This document shows positions 50,530-61,139 of a stretch of 64,000 bases of DNA, piece after piece. The stretch is from positions 16,001-80,000 of the forward strand of contig NZ_CALMFY010000104.1 in the NCBI RefSeq assembly GCF_937863485.1. Reading direction: 5' to 3'. Every line of letters begins with the position of its first letter. The first letter of the stretch is position 1. The notes beneath the pieces were generated by a model. That model saw only the letters and a program-made list of their open reading frames with translations. It did no database searches and had not been told where the DNA came from. Both the position numbers and the translations under genes were made by a program. The DNA is from an uncultured Nostoc sp. (GTDB lineage: Bacteria > Cyanobacteriota > Cyanobacteriia > Cyanobacteriales > Nostocaceae).

Positions 50530-50765
50530 TTCTTAAAATCGTCAGAGAATATCATTCTGGGTTTCCTGTGCAATGAATAACAACAAAACTTTTTCAGACG
50601 GTACAGCCCTCTGCAATTTAGTTTTCCCTGGATAATTAGGATTTCTTGACTTTTTTGTTAAAAAGTTTGCTTACTTCTGATAAGATTATTGACAAATATT
50701 CTCATAAAATACACGTTTAAAAAATGTGGTTTGGGTGTGAATTGGAGATCAATGTGAGGAGAAAA

Positions 50766-52382
50766 ATGCAAAAATTCTGTAAATATCTGCTAGTTAGTCC
50801 AGCAATCTGCGGTGTAATGCTATTTGTGAATACTGCTACATTTGCAGGTGAAACATCTGGCACGTCTGAAATCAATCAAGCACAAGTTTTAGCTAATCCA
50901 GACACAAGAGCTACGAACACAGCGCCAGATCAAACAATGGCGCAAGTTACCTCCGTGTCTCAATTTTCCGATGTACAACCTACTGATTGGGCATTCCAAG
51001 CATTGCAGTCTTTGGTTGAGCGCTATGGCTGTATTGCCGGATACCCAAATAGCACTTATCGTGGTAATCGGGCATTAACGCGATATGAGTTTGCTGCTGG
51101 TTTGAATGCTTGTCTTGACCGCGTTAACGAACTTATTGCTACAGCCACTGGCAATTTAGTTAACAAACAAGATTTAGCCACATTACAAAAGCTGCAAGAA
51201 GATTTTTCAGCAGAACTTGCGACACTCCGAGGTCGTGTAGATGCAGTAGAAGCACGCAGTGCTGAATTGGAGGCGAATCGGTTTTCAACCACAACCAAAC
51301 TACAGGGAGAAGTTATCGCAGTCGCCAGCGATGTTTTGTCAGGAAATACAGTCAACGGTGCGGAAATTACAGATAAGAATACAACTTTAGGGTTACGGGC
51401 GCGGATAGAATTGGTGACCAGCTTCACAGGGAAAGATACGCTGTTCACCAGAATCCAGGCTGATAATATTCTCAGCCCTAACATTGGTACACCAGAGGGT
51501 AACTTATTCTTTGCTGGTGATGGTACCACTAATGCTTTTATAGATGCCTTGTATTACAAATTCCCTCTGGGTGAAAGAACAGAGGTTACTGCTCTTGCCA
51601 ACGCAGCAGCAGCAGATGATATTACCAGTACTGTCAATCTCTTTGACGGTGATGGCTCCTTTGGTGCTTTGTCCACCTTTGGTACACGCAACCCAATTTA
51701 TGGCCAGATAAATGGCGCGGGGTTGGCAATAACGCACGAGTTCAGTGATAAATTGGCACTGAGTCTAGGGTATTTGAGTGGTACAGCTAATGACCCTACA
51801 CTCAATAATGGTTTATTTAATGGTTCTTACGGGGCGTTGGCGCAGCTGACGGTTAAACCAAATGATCGCATTTCTTTTGGTTTAACTTACATCAATTCCT
51901 ATAATCAGCCACTACTCACGGGTAGCAATGCAGCAACTCTCGCGCCCTTGGATTTAGATGGCGATGGTGCGCTAGATTCCCGATTTTCCAGTAATTCTTA
52001 CGGTGTCGAAGCATCTATCGGCATCACTGATAACATCGTCTTAGGTGGTTGGGCTGGATACACCAACAGCCGCACATTAAATGGGAATCGTGGAGATGTT
52101 GACATTTGGAACTATGCCGTCACTCTCGGCTTTCCCGACCTCGGTAAACAAGGTAACTTAGCAGGTATCATAGCTGGTGTAGAGCCTAGAGTGACAAGTT
52201 CTAACGTCCCAGGACTAGATAGAGATGCGGATACATCCTATCATCTAGAGGCGTTCTACCAGTATAAGCTGACTGACAATATCACCATTACCCCAGGAGT
52301 CATCTGGTTAACATCCCCAGATCATAACAATGACAACGATGATGTTGTGATTGGCGCACTGAGAACCACATTCAGTTTCTAA
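50766..52382 (+). CDS. SLH-domain OprB-type cyanobacterial porin
   Basis: VTSVSQFSDVQPTDWAFQALQSLVERYGCIAGYP, TRYEFAAGLNAC, FSTTTKL, YHLEAFYQY, RTTFSF. Confidence 0.95.
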   Translation: MQKFCKYLLVSPAICGVMLFVNTATFAGETSGTSEINQAQVLANPDTRATNTAPDQTMAQVTSVSQFSDVQPTDWAFQALQSLVERYGCIAGYPNSTYRGNRALTRYEFAAGLNACLDRVNELIATATGNLVNKQDLATLQKLQEDFSAELATLRGRVDAVEARSAELEANRFSTTTKLQGEVIAVASDVLSGNTVNGAEITDKNTTLGLRARIELVTSFTGKDTLFTRIQADNILSPNIGTPEGNLFFAGDGTTNAFIDALYYKFPLGERTEVTALANAAAADDITSTVNLFDGDGSFGALSTFGTRNPIYGQINGAGLAITHEFSDKLALSLGYLSGTANDPTLNNGLFNGSYGALAQLTVKPNDRISFGLTYINSYNQPLLTGSNAATLAPLDLDGDGALDSRFSSNSYGVEASIGITDNIVLGGWAGYTNSRTLNGNRGDVDIWNYAVTLGFPDLGKQGNLAGIIAGVEPRVTSSNVPGLDRDADTSYHLEAFYQYKLTDNITITPGVIWLTSPDHNNDNDDVVIGALRTTFSF

Positions 52383-52451
52383 TTTTTACAATCTTGCCTG
52401 AAGACGCAAATTTATTCTTTGCATCTTCCCTTTTTTAGATGATTTCAAAAT

Positions 52452-52478
52452 AAAAACCCAGCATTTTTGCTGGGTTTT
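52452..52478. terminator. Terminator hairpin after the porin
   Basis: AAAAACCCAGCA-TTTT-TGCTGGGTTTT. Confidence 0.75.
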
Positions 52479-52613
52479 ATATCTTAAAACGAGAATGACA
52501 TTGTTAGTTTTTCAAACAGTGTAAATAGATGATTTTAAACCCTAGGTTTTATATCTTAAAAAGAGAACGACATTGTTAGTTTTTCAAACAGTGTAAATAG
52601 ATGATTTTAAACC
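52473..52613. repeat. 72-bp-period tandem duplication
   Basis: 52473-52541 and 52545-52613 differ at two positions; the second copy includes the stop of the PEP-CTERM gene. Confidence 0.9.
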
Positions 52614-53293
52614 AACTTTGATTTACGTTTCACAAATGAACCAGCACTCATAACACCGAACGCTAGCAAGCCCAATGTTGTAGTAGGTTCAGGCACACTA
52701 GCTAGTCTGTAGCTATGGTTATCACTTTCAAATGCAATACCAGTTGAGCTTAAAACTATTTTATCAAAAGTCTCTCCCGGATCTGCGAAGAAATCAACGA
52801 AAAGATTGTCTTGAGGAATAGTCTGATTACCGGTAGGAGGAGTAGAAACATCGCTTCCAGTAAAGGTTCTCAACAGAGTACTGCCGTTAAAAAATGCGAT
52901 CGAATTATACGTGTCAACTGAACCCCAGTGCAAGCCAAAGTAATTAAGTGCTTTATTAAAATTAATCGTCACAGGACCAGTGTTACCTTGAACGTTGGAG
53001 TCTAGGGGAGAAATAGTTAAATATGGACTTTTATCACCAGCCGGTGCAGCATATTGACCAGGTTGATCCCCTTGGACAATTGCATTAGGTGTAGAGTAAG
53101 TAGCAACTCCGTTTGGATCGTTTATCCCGTTATTGAAGTCGATCGTTGTAGCTCCAGGAACAGTAGAGAATATCCCATTTGGAGTAGGAGTTGTGCTTCC
53201 TTTACTCAGGGTTATAGCGTTAGCTGGGTTAGCACTCATCAAAACAACCGCTGTTCCAACTAAGGCTAATGATAGTTTTTGTACAGTAGACAT
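52607..53293 (-). CDS. PEP-CTERM (exosortase-target) surface protein
   Basis: Signal peptide; YFGLHWGSVD.YN.I.F and AFESDNH motifs; C-terminal VPEP + TM + KRK. Confidence 0.9.
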   Translation of the reverse strand: MSTVQKLSLALVGTAVVLMSANPANAITLSKGSTTPTPNGIFSTVPGATTIDFNNGINDPNGVATYSTPNAIVQGDQPGQYAAPAGDKSPYLTISPLDSNVQGNTGPVTINFNKALNYFGLHWGSVDTYNSIAFFNGSTLLRTFTGSDVSTPPTGNQTIPQDNLFVDFFADPGETFDKIVLSSTGIAFESDNHSYRLASVPEPTTTLGLLAFGVMSAGSFVKRKSKLV

Positions 53294-53516
53294 TGATTTA
53301 GTCCCTTAAATATTTGATACCCATACCTTGGCATATCATCCGAGTATTTGTGTAGTAGGCAAGAATCATTTTTACCAAAACTATTTATTGAGCCAATAAA
53401 TCTGAAGATAGCAAAAAGCTATTCAAAATATAGGATGTGAAGATAATTGCAAACTAAAATATCTTATATATATATACGTAGATGAATATTAAACCTGTAT
53501 TATTATTTGAGCTAAC

Positions 53517-53807
53517 ATCTGGAACTCTACCGTCACACTGGCTTTCCCAAATCTTGGTAAAAAAGGTAACATTGCAGGCATTATTGTGGGTATGGAACCT
53601 AAAGTTACCAGTGTGAGCAATTCTCTCAGGAATGCAGGTATTAACAAAGATCCAGACACTTCATATCACATTGAAGATTTCTATCAATATAAGCTGAGTG
53701 ACAATATCAGCATTATCCCAGGAGTTATCTGGCTAATAGCGCCAGATCATAACAATCAAAACGATGATATCGTCATTGGTATAGTCAGAACCACATTCAT
53801 TTTCTAA
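53517..53807 (+). pseudogene. C-terminal remnant of a second OprB-type porin
   Basis: IWNSTVTLAFPNLGKKGNIAGIIVGMEPKVT...YHIEDFYQYKLSDNISIIPGVIWL...RTTFIF*, colinear with the last ~95 aa of the 50766..52382 porin; in-frame TGA just upstream. Confidence 0.85.
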
Positions 53808-53809
53808 TT

Positions 53810-53902
53810 CAGGACTTACGCACGGGTTATGAAAGAACGAACCACAGAGACACAGAGTACACGGAGGAATGAGAGTTTGAGAGGTTTTTTGCGTAAGTCG
53901 TA
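53810..53902. mobile_element. MITE (93 bp) inserted at the porin-remnant stop codon
   Basis: TIR CAGGACTTACGCA / TGCGTAAGTCGTA; TAATT direct repeat at 53805-53809 and 53903-53907. Confidence 0.75.
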
Positions 53903-54125
53903 TAATTTTAAAAATTTCCAAATAAGATGCAAATTTATCTTTTACGTCTTTTGTTTTTTGTGTGATCTCAAAAATAAAACCTAGCAAAAATGCTGGGCTT
54001 GATATTTAAAAACAATATAGAAATTCCAGGGCTATTTCATTCTCATTTAGCCCATGACCAGAAGGAAAGGTAATAGTCTTACACTTTTTTAGTGTGGTTC
54101 TAAATGGGGAAAGTCCCTGAAGCCG

Positions 54126-55175
54126 TTATGTTTGTATAGCAAATTCTTCTGGTTCTATTCCCCAATTTACCCAGCAAATTGCCTCACGCGCTGAGTTCAT
54201 ATTCGGTGGAACACGCAAGGCGTGAATAAAGCTTGTGCTAGGGCAAGTCATTTTTAATAAATAAATCGGCTCGATATCCACATTATTATCAATTTTTAAT
54301 AGTGTATATTCTTGCCAATTATCTAATTCAATAGCTTGTAGTTCTTGGCAAATTCGAGCGTAACCAATACCCTGAATTAACACTCGGCGTAGTTCGGCGT
54401 TTTCCTCTGATAAAAGCCATTCAGCTTGCCATTGTTCAGGTTGGATTTTCCCGTATTTTTCAGGTAAGGTTACACCGTGGTAGGAGTAAAAGCTATATCC
54501 ATCGGTAAATTCAATCGCGGGTTCACCTTCAGCGTGGAGGCGATTTTGATTGTCAAAGCGCAGATGAAGGGGGCGATCGCATACTATACAAATTTTTTCA
54601 AATGTAAAAATCCAACCACAATCCTTAATTATCGCCTGAAATAAATTCCATTTTCTTGAGTTATGAGTACAATTTAACACTGAAATACAAAAATCCTTAT
54701 CAATTCCATTAAGAAGGATTTTTGTAGGGGAAATACAGCAATCTATTAATGATGCGACATCTTGCTCTGTATCATCTAATTCATTTATGAAAGGTATACC
54801 TAAGTACAATGAATCTTGCCTTAATAAAATATGAGCATCGCTAGAAAATTCTGCACTTAATTTATTAATAATTTCTATATGTAGCTGTTGATATATCTCA
54901 CGCAAACCAAAAATTAACTTCCATAATCCCTGATATAACTTATATTCCAATTTGCTCTCCAAGTCACCATTAATGGCAGCCCAAGCAGCATAGGGACTAT
55001 CAAAAAATAAAATCTCAGGCTCAGATAATCCCACAAATACATAAGCAGCTTTTACCACCTCGGCCGCTTTTGCACGATCAATTCGCTCAGTTGAAAGCGC
55101 GATCGCTCTCCACTTTTCCCGATAAACTGGAATCAAAACCTCTTGCTCAGGCGTTAACTTTTCAATCAGCGACAT
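54126..55175 (-). CDS. DUF6745-like protein
   Basis: N-terminal LTPEQE..IP.YREKW....STE.ID; C-terminal W.F.FE...IVCDRP......RLH..GEPA..F.DG...Y..HGV, E.NAELRR, CPST...ALRVPP....A.EA..W. Confidence 0.75.
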   Translation of the reverse strand: MSLIEKLTPEQEVLIPVYREKWRAIALSTERIDRAKAAEVVKAAYVFVGLSEPEILFFDSPYAAWAAINGDLESKLEYKLYQGLWKLIFGLREIYQQLHIEIINKLSAEFSSDAHILLRQDSLYLGIPFINELDDTEQDVASLIDCCISPTKILLNGIDKDFCISVLNCTHNSRKWNLFQAIIKDCGWIFTFEKICIVCDRPLHLRFDNQNRLHAEGEPAIEFTDGYSFYSYHGVTLPEKYGKIQPEQWQAEWLLSEENAELRRVLIQGIGYARICQELQAIELDNWQEYTLLKIDNNVDIEPIYLLKMTCPSTSFIHALRVPPNMNSAREAICWVNWGIEPEEFAIQT

Positions 55176-55455
55176 ATCGCCAACCTTCAGGCTCGTATTC
55201 CCGCTGAATTTTCACCATCCAATCACCTTGGGGAATAGAAATAGCTTTATGCTCCTCATGAGCTAGCAATGCCGACTCTGAAAACACACGCAAATAGAGT
55301 GTGCTATCTTTTTCGTATAATTCTGCCTTTCCCTCAGTAATGCGATGTTTATGCCCGGTAACTTCGCCTTCTGCCAAAGTTAAGTGAGGTATTTTTTGTC
55401 CTTCAATTTGCTGCACAGGCAGTAAGATTACATCACCTTGACGAATCGGTTGCAT
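55162..55455 (-). CDS. Small His-motif protein (97 aa), partner of the DUF6745-like gene
   Basis: ATG at 55455 preceded by AGGAAAG; RQGDV, LAEGEVTGHKH, HEEH, QREY motifs; 14-nt overlap with the next gene. Confidence 0.8.
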   Translation of the reverse strand: MQPIRQGDVILLPVQQIEGQKIPHLTLAEGEVTGHKHRITEGKAELYEKDSTLYLRVFSESALLAHEEHKAISIPQGDWMVKIQREYEPEGWRYVAD

Positions 55456-55543
55456 GGTTTTGCTTTCCTGACATGGGCACAAACCCCACTTCGCTTTTGC
55501 TCTCAAGTTTGGTTTAATTTTGGCACAAGCTTTATGAAAGTGG

Positions 55544-55592
55544 GCATTGGGCATTAAAAAAATTTTCTCTAGTCCCCAGTCCCCAGTCCCCT
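55544..55592. repeat. Heptamer repeats (STRR-type)
   Basis: GGGCATT x2 and (AGTCCCC) x3. Confidence 0.7.
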
Positions 55593-55889
55593 CATTGACA
55601 AAAGATATCGTCGTATTACACTTCTTGCGGGGTATTTTGAAAACTGTAGTCGCCAATTATGCGTTAGATAAGTTAAAGATTGAAATAGCTGGAAATTCAC
55701 ACCCAGCGTTACCCTCCCCTATCCTCTGAGAAAGACTGGGCCCTAAGTTCAGCGCATTTTCTCCCAAGCAGGCAGTTTATGTGAGGATTAAATCACCGCC
55801 CTAAGCGCGACCTTTTATCTTGACAATTTGCAAAAATTACCTCAATTTGACTGTTTAGCTTAGCAGCTATTCTTTTTATTGAAATTTCC

Positions 55890-58541
55890 ATGTCAACTCT
55901 CGTCATCGTCGAATCTCCAACCAAAGCTCGTACCATTCGCAACTACCTGCCATCAGGCTATCGGGTGGAGGCGTCTATGGGTCATGTGCGTGACCTCCCC
56001 CAGTCGGCTAGTGAAATTCCCGCTGCCGTCAAAGGGGAAACATGGGCGCAGCTAGGGGTAAATGTGGACGCCGACTTTGAACCGGTATATGTTGTCCCGA
56101 AAGACAAAAAGAAAATTGTCACCCAGCTCAAAGAAGCCCTCAAAGATGTAGATGAACTGATTCTGGCAACGGACGAAGACCGGGAAGGTGAAAGCATTAG
56201 TTGGCATTTATACCAATTGCTCAAGCCGAAAGTTCCGACTAAGCGGATGGTGTTTCACGAAATTACCCAAGACGCGATCAAAAAAGCTCTGAAAAACTGC
56301 CGCAATATCGATGAGCAGTTGGTTCGCGCCCAAGAAACGCGGCGGATTTTGGATCGACTGGTGGGCTATACCTTGTCTCCACTCCTATGGAAAAAAATCG
56401 CCTGGGGATTATCTGCTGGGCGAGTGCAATCTGTAGCCGTGCGACTTTTAGTGACTAGAGAACGCCAACGCCGTGCTTTCCATGAAGGTACGTACTGGGA
56501 TTTGAAAGCCAGTTTGTCAAAGGAAAAAACCCCCTTTGGTGCCCAGTTGGTCACATTGGCAGGAAGTAAAATAGCTAACGGCAGCGATTTTGACGCAACG
56601 ACTGGACAAATTACCGCAGGTCGCAATGTCTTGTTGCTAAACGTTGACCAAGCGGTAGCCCTCAAGGAACGCCTGACTGGGAAAACCTGGAATGTTGCCG
56701 ACATCGAAGAACGCCCAGTGACGCGCAAACCGTCGCCACCGTTCACCACCTCAACGCTGCAACAAGAATCTAACCGGAAACTGCGCCTCTCAGCCCGTGA
56801 CACGATGCGGGTTGCCCAGAATTTATACGAGCAAGGGTATATTACCTATATGCGGACAGATTCAGTGCATTTGTCAGATCAGGCGATCGCAGCTGCTCGG
56901 AGTTGTGTAGAAAAGCTTTACGGTCAACAATACCTCAGTCCCCAACCTCGGCAATACACTACCAAATCCAAAGGCGCACAAGAGGCGCACGAAGCAATTC
57001 GTCCAGCAGGTAGCACCTTCCGCACCCCCCAAGAAACTGCTTTGGGCGGTCGAGAACTTGCCGTTTATGATTTGATTTGGAAGCGGACTGTCGCCTGTCA
57101 AATGGCTGATTCCCGCCAAACTCAAATTACCGTGCAATTGCAAGTTGAGGACGCTGGATTCCGTTCTTCTGGCAAACGGATTGAATTTCCTGGATACTTA
57201 CGTGCCTACGTCGAAGGTTCAGACGATCCAGAAGCAGCACTGGAAGACCAGGAAGTAATTTTGCCGAATCTGAAAGTGGGAGATCATCCGAATTGTACAG
57301 ATTTAGAAGCAGTTGGTCATGAAACCCAACCACCAGCTAGGTACACCGAAGCTACTTTGGTAAAAACCTTGGAAAGCGAAGGTATCGGTCGTCCCAGTAC
57401 CTATGCCAGCATCATTGGCACGATTATCGACAAGGGTTATGCCCAATTGGTGAGTAACGCTCTCATTCCTACCTTCACCGCTTTCGCTGTCACCGACTTG
57501 CTGGAAAAACATTTCCCGGACATCGTTGATCCCAGTTTTACCTCGAAAATGGAGCAAACCCTTGATGACATTGCCACAGGTGAAGCGAAATGGCTACCCT
57601 ACTTGCAGCAATTCTATCTGGGAGAAAAAGGGCTGGAAACCCTGGTAAAAGAACGGGAAAGTCAAATTGATGCCACCAAAGCTAGGACTGTAGAACTGGA
57701 GAATCTAGATGCCAAAGTCCGCATTGGTAAATATGGCCCCTACATTGAAGTCGGAAATGGTGAGGGGGTTATCACCGCCTCAATTCCCAAAGACCTGACA
57801 CCAGCAGACCTCGACCCCAAACAGGTAGAAGTATTGCTGCGTCAAAAAACTACAGGCCCTGACCAGGTAGGTCGGCATCCCGAAACTGGCGAACCGATTT
57901 ATGTGAAAATTGGTGCTTATGGACCTTATGTCCAATTGGGTGATAAAACCGACGAAAACCCCAAACCGAAACAAGCCTCCCTACTTAAAGGTGTCACCCC
58001 GGAAACCGTTACCCTGGAAATGGCTGTTGGTCTGTTGGCATTACCCCGGACATTGGGAGTTCATCCAGTCACTGGCGGCAAAATCCAAGCAAGTTTGGGA
58101 CGCTTTGGCCCTTATGTCGTTCATGACCAGGGTAAAGAGGGGAAAGACTACCGCTCCCTGAAAGCTACTGATCATGTATTGACAATTAACCTAGAACGTG
58201 CATTAGAATTATTATCCGAACCAAAAAAGGGGCGCAGTTCTACCAACAGCAAGTCCAAGGCAGCCTTACGCGAATTGGGTACACATCCAGAGGATGGGGA
58301 AACAATTAACATCTACGATGGCCCCTATGGCCCTTACATCAAGCATGGCAAAACTAATGTGAGTATCCCAGAAGGTCAATCGGTAGAAGATGTAACCCTG
58401 GCTGCGGCGCTGAACTTATTGGCAGCTAAGGCATCGACAGCGAAATCGACTCGCAAAACGAGTAAATCAACGAGTTCCAAATCTAAGTCAACTGCTAAGT
58501 CATCACCGGCTGCTGCGAAAAAAAAGGGTACAGAAGGTTAA
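55890..58541 (+). CDS. topA: DNA topoisomerase I
   Basis: [61 protein letters not shown]; Topo C-terminal repeats. Confidence 0.99.
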   Translation: MSTLVIVESPTKARTIRNYLPSGYRVEASMGHVRDLPQSASEIPAAVKGETWAQLGVNVDADFEPVYVVPKDKKKIVTQLKEALKDVDELILATDEDREGESISWHLYQLLKPKVPTKRMVFHEITQDAIKKALKNCRNIDEQLVRAQETRRILDRLVGYTLSPLLWKKIAWGLSAGRVQSVAVRLLVTRERQRRAFHEGTYWDLKASLSKEKTPFGAQLVTLAGSKIANGSDFDATTGQITAGRNVLLLNVDQAVALKERLTGKTWNVADIEERPVTRKPSPPFTTSTLQQESNRKLRLSARDTMRVAQNLYEQGYITYMRTDSVHLSDQAIAAARSCVEKLYGQQYLSPQPRQYTTKSKGAQEAHEAIRPAGSTFRTPQETALGGRELAVYDLIWKRTVACQMADSRQTQITVQLQVEDAGFRSSGKRIEFPGYLRAYVEGSDDPEAALEDQEVILPNLKVGDHPNCTDLEAVGHETQPPARYTEATLVKTLESEGIGRPSTYASIIGTIIDKGYAQLVSNALIPTFTAFAVTDLLEKHFPDIVDPSFTSKMEQTLDDIATGEAKWLPYLQQFYLGEKGLETLVKERESQIDATKARTVELENLDAKVRIGKYGPYIEVGNGEGVITASIPKDLTPADLDPKQVEVLLRQKTTGPDQVGRHPETGEPIYVKIGAYGPYVQLGDKTDENPKPKQASLLKGVTPETVTLEMAVGLLALPRTLGVHPVTGGKIQASLGRFGPYVVHDQGKEGKDYRSLKATDHVLTINLERALELLSEPKKGRSSTNSKSKAALRELGTHPEDGETINIYDGPYGPYIKHGKTNVSIPEGQSVEDVTLAAALNLLAAKASTAKSTRKTSKSTSSKSKSTAKSSPAAAKKKGTEG

Positions 58542-58806
58542 TTGCAAGTCAAGAGTCCAAAGTCCGATCCTTAATTCTTAAACTCTTGACCCTTAATATC
58601 CATCCTTAATAGGATGCAGTTCGGTAGGTGCAAATGTGATACTCTAAAAAGTAAGGGAAAACACAACGCCAAATTTTAGAAGTGGCTTATGTCCCAAATA
58701 CGGGATTGTGGATCAGCCCGGTTGGAAGCCAGAGGTGCGAAAATATGTCATTTTCTGCGTACCTGTTAATCAAAAATTGAGGTAGTATCTCAGGAGCGGT
58801 CAGTTC

Positions 58807-58947
58807 ATGGACTATATAGAAAAGGTAGTGGAAAAGCTTAAGGAATTAGCGCGTAGGCTAATTGAGAGCCTGTTAGGACCAGAGGCTGAACCGGAACCGG
58901 AACTGATTCCGATTCCTGTGAACGATCGCTCGCGTCGTCGCCACTAG
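58807..58947 (+). CDS. Small protein (46 aa), below the ORF-track cutoff
   Basis: [46 protein letters not shown]; SD-like AGGAG upstream; 7 nt before aroQ. Confidence 0.65.
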   Translation: MDYIEKVVEKLKELARRLIESLLGPEAEPEPELIPIPVNDRSRRRH

Positions 58948-58954
58948 CCCGAAA

Positions 58955-59416
58955 GTGCTGAACTCGACTTTACAACCGTTAAGCATTCTGGCACTGCACG
59001 GGCCAAACTTGAATTTGCTAGGACAGCGAGAACCAGGAATTTATGGTTCTTTGACACTAGCTCAAATTAACTGCCTGTTAGAAGAAGAAGGATTCAAGTT
59101 ACAGGCGAAAGTTTTTCCTGTGCAGTCAAATCATGAAGGAATTTTGGTAGATACTATTCATGGGGCATTAGGACAACATCAGGGAATTTTGATTAATGCA
59201 GGGGCATATACCCATACAAGTGTGGCATTGCGAGATGCGATCGCTGCTGTTAATTTACCCACAGTAGAAGTACATCTGAGTAATATTTACCGCCGGGAAG
59301 ATTTTCGCCATCATTCATACATCGCTCCAGTAGCAATCGGGCAAATAAGTGGTTTTGGCGGACAAAGTTACTTGTTAGGCTTACAAGCTTTGGTGAATTT
59401 TTTAAGAAAAGATTAA
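58955..59416 (+). CDS. aroQ: Type II 3-dehydroquinate dehydratase
   Basis: [51 protein letters not shown]. Confidence 0.97.
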   Translation: MLNSTLQPLSILALHGPNLNLLGQREPGIYGSLTLAQINCLLEEEGFKLQAKVFPVQSNHEGILVDTIHGALGQHQGILINAGAYTHTSVALRDAIAAVNLPTVEVHLSNIYRREDFRHHSYIAPVAIGQISGFGGQSYLLGLQALVNFLRKD

Positions 59417-59430
59417 GGATGAATCAGTTA

Positions 59431-59900
59431 TAAGTAGCTAGGCGTAAATAAATTAAAGTTTGTAGTAAGTTAGCGCGGTCTTATCTTTTGGCGTTAGCCT
59501 GCCTCAATGTGAGAAGTGGGGGACTGACAAAAAATAAATTATCCAAAATTATTTGTCCATTTGTAGGGGCGCAAGCCCTTGCGCCCCTACGTTCGCGGAG
59601 CGTCCCGCAGGGATGGGATTGTTTTTTTAACTGAAAGTCCCTGGAGCCACTGCGGTCTTCTCCTAAGGGGAGACGATGCCCGTTCTCTACGAGAGGCTGC
59701 GCCAAGAGTCAGACGCTCCAACATAGCTCTAAGCGAACGCAAGAGCGTCTTTAAGAGTTGCCATGCCGCAGGCTTTACGCTGCGCTACCCTATTGATGTC
59801 TACCTACTTAGAGTTTAGACTTTGGATTAAATTTTTCAATCTAAAATCTTCAACTGAACGAACGCAAGAGCGTCTTGTAGAGAAGCCGAAGTCCAAAATC
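59431..59900. repeat. Composite repeat hotspot (MITE end, REP-like palindrome, several small dispersed repeats)
   Basis: TAAGTAGCTAGGCGTAAATAA (59431); GTAGGGGCGCAAG-CC-CTTGCGCCCCTAC (59563-59590); TCTCTACGAGAGGCTGCGCCAA; GCAAGAGCGTCT x2. Confidence 0.7.
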
Positions 59901-59909
59901 CAAAATTGT

Positions 59910-60851
59910 ATGCGTTATTCTCCTATAAGTCGGTTTAGAGGTACTTTACTCGGAGCATTACTAGGGGAAAGTTTAGCCACTGGTGGTAAAATCAAGTCTC
60001 AGAGTTACCTGGATTTGGGCAGAATGGCGGTTTTGGGTACTGAAAGTTTGATTGCCTTGGGTAGATTAGATTTAGATGATTGGATCGGGCGTCAGCAACA
60101 AGAATCTCTTCATTTAGCAGCAACTGATGACATCTCGATAAAAATAATTCTTGCGACACTACCAGTAACGCTTTTTTTTCACGAAAATCCAATTAAGCTC
60201 CGACAAAACTTGCTGCATGTACTCAAAATCTGGGAGGATGACCCAGTAGTAAGGGATGGAACACTAGCAGTAGGATATGCAATATCTCTTGCCTTAACTG
60301 AAAAACTCAACCCCCTAACCCTCATCCCGCAAATAATTTCTTTTCTCGGAGAAACACCGACATCAATACCAAAAAAATTATTAAGAGTTCAAAATTTATT
60401 AGGGCAAGGGGCTGCATTGTCAAGGGCACAAGCTGAGTTTGCTAGAGAAGAAAAGCTAAGTAATACTATTGCTATGGCATTTTACTGCTTTTTGAGTACC
60501 TTGGAAGACTTTCGCCTTGCAGTTTTGCGGGCTACTCACAATCGCAATTTCAAAGTGGAAGATGCTACGCCTCTAAGCTTACAGCCTATAAGTGCAATTA
60601 CTGGTGCTTTATCAGGAGCATATAACGGTACAGGTGGAATTCCCGTAAATTGGCAAGTCTTGCTTTTGCAGAGGAATTCTTCGCTATGGGGACTAACTAG
60701 CTTTTCCCAAATGTTAAAATTAATCGATACATTTGTGGCAGTGTGGTCAGGAGTGTATAATTTTGCCCTGCATTCAAGTGAGTTAACAGAGGAGGGAGCT
60801 GAGGCTTTGCTTGCAGTTTACGCAGCTCCTCGCGTTATTCGCTCGCGTTAA
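59910..60851 (+). CDS. ADP-ribosylglycohydrolase-fold protein (catalytic Asp motifs degenerate)
   Basis: RFRGTLLGALLGESL N-terminus and AITGALSGAYNG..GIP..W C-terminus match the family framework. Confidence 0.75.
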   Translation: MRYSPISRFRGTLLGALLGESLATGGKIKSQSYLDLGRMAVLGTESLIALGRLDLDDWIGRQQQESLHLAATDDISIKIILATLPVTLFFHENPIKLRQNLLHVLKIWEDDPVVRDGTLAVGYAISLALTEKLNPLTLIPQIISFLGETPTSIPKKLLRVQNLLGQGAALSRAQAEFAREEKLSNTIAMAFYCFLSTLEDFRLAVLRATHNRNFKVEDATPLSLQPISAITGALSGAYNGTGGIPVNWQVLLLQRNSSLWGLTSFSQMLKLIDTFVAVWSGVYNFALHSSELTEEGAEALLAVYAAPRVIRSR

Positions 60852-60998
60852 TCCTAATTTTCACCGAACAACAGTGCGGATGCCAAACTCTGAAAACTAC
60901 ACAATCTAGCCAATAACTAAAAAACTTACTAGTACAGCTTGCCAAAAATCCAGCTACCATCTCAAACAAAACTTAGGTCTTAAGGTTCTTGTTAAAGG

Positions 60999-61139
60999 TA
61001 AGTAACTGGGCAAGAATAAATCAAACTATGTTACGCAATGTAAAATTAATTAAATTAGCTCCTAGTAAGACCTTCAGCCTTTAAAATAGGTCTGGAGCTG
61101 CTTATTACAAACCTCTAATTATTCACGCCCACTTACTTA
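60999..61139. mobile_element. MITE (141 bp including terminal TA)
   Basis: TIRs TAAGTAACTGGGCAAGAATAA / TAAGTAAGTGGGCGTGAATAA (18/21). Confidence 0.7.

Noticed and set aside
50678-50692. Zur/Fur box upstream of the porin (TGATAAGATTATTGA)
   Set aside because: The spacing is one base short of the 7-1-7 palindrome and the context is AT-rich; too weak to call.
54126-55175. Diversity-generating retroelement target
   Set aside because: No reverse transcriptase, no template-repeat copy and no adenine-specific variant repeat in the window.
55456-55656. N-terminal extension of the 164-aa ORF, and likewise 59763..59909, 40901..41026 and 36585..36686
   Set aside because: These extensions translate repeats or promoter DNA; downstream ATGs match the start of family similarity (with an SD at 55455).
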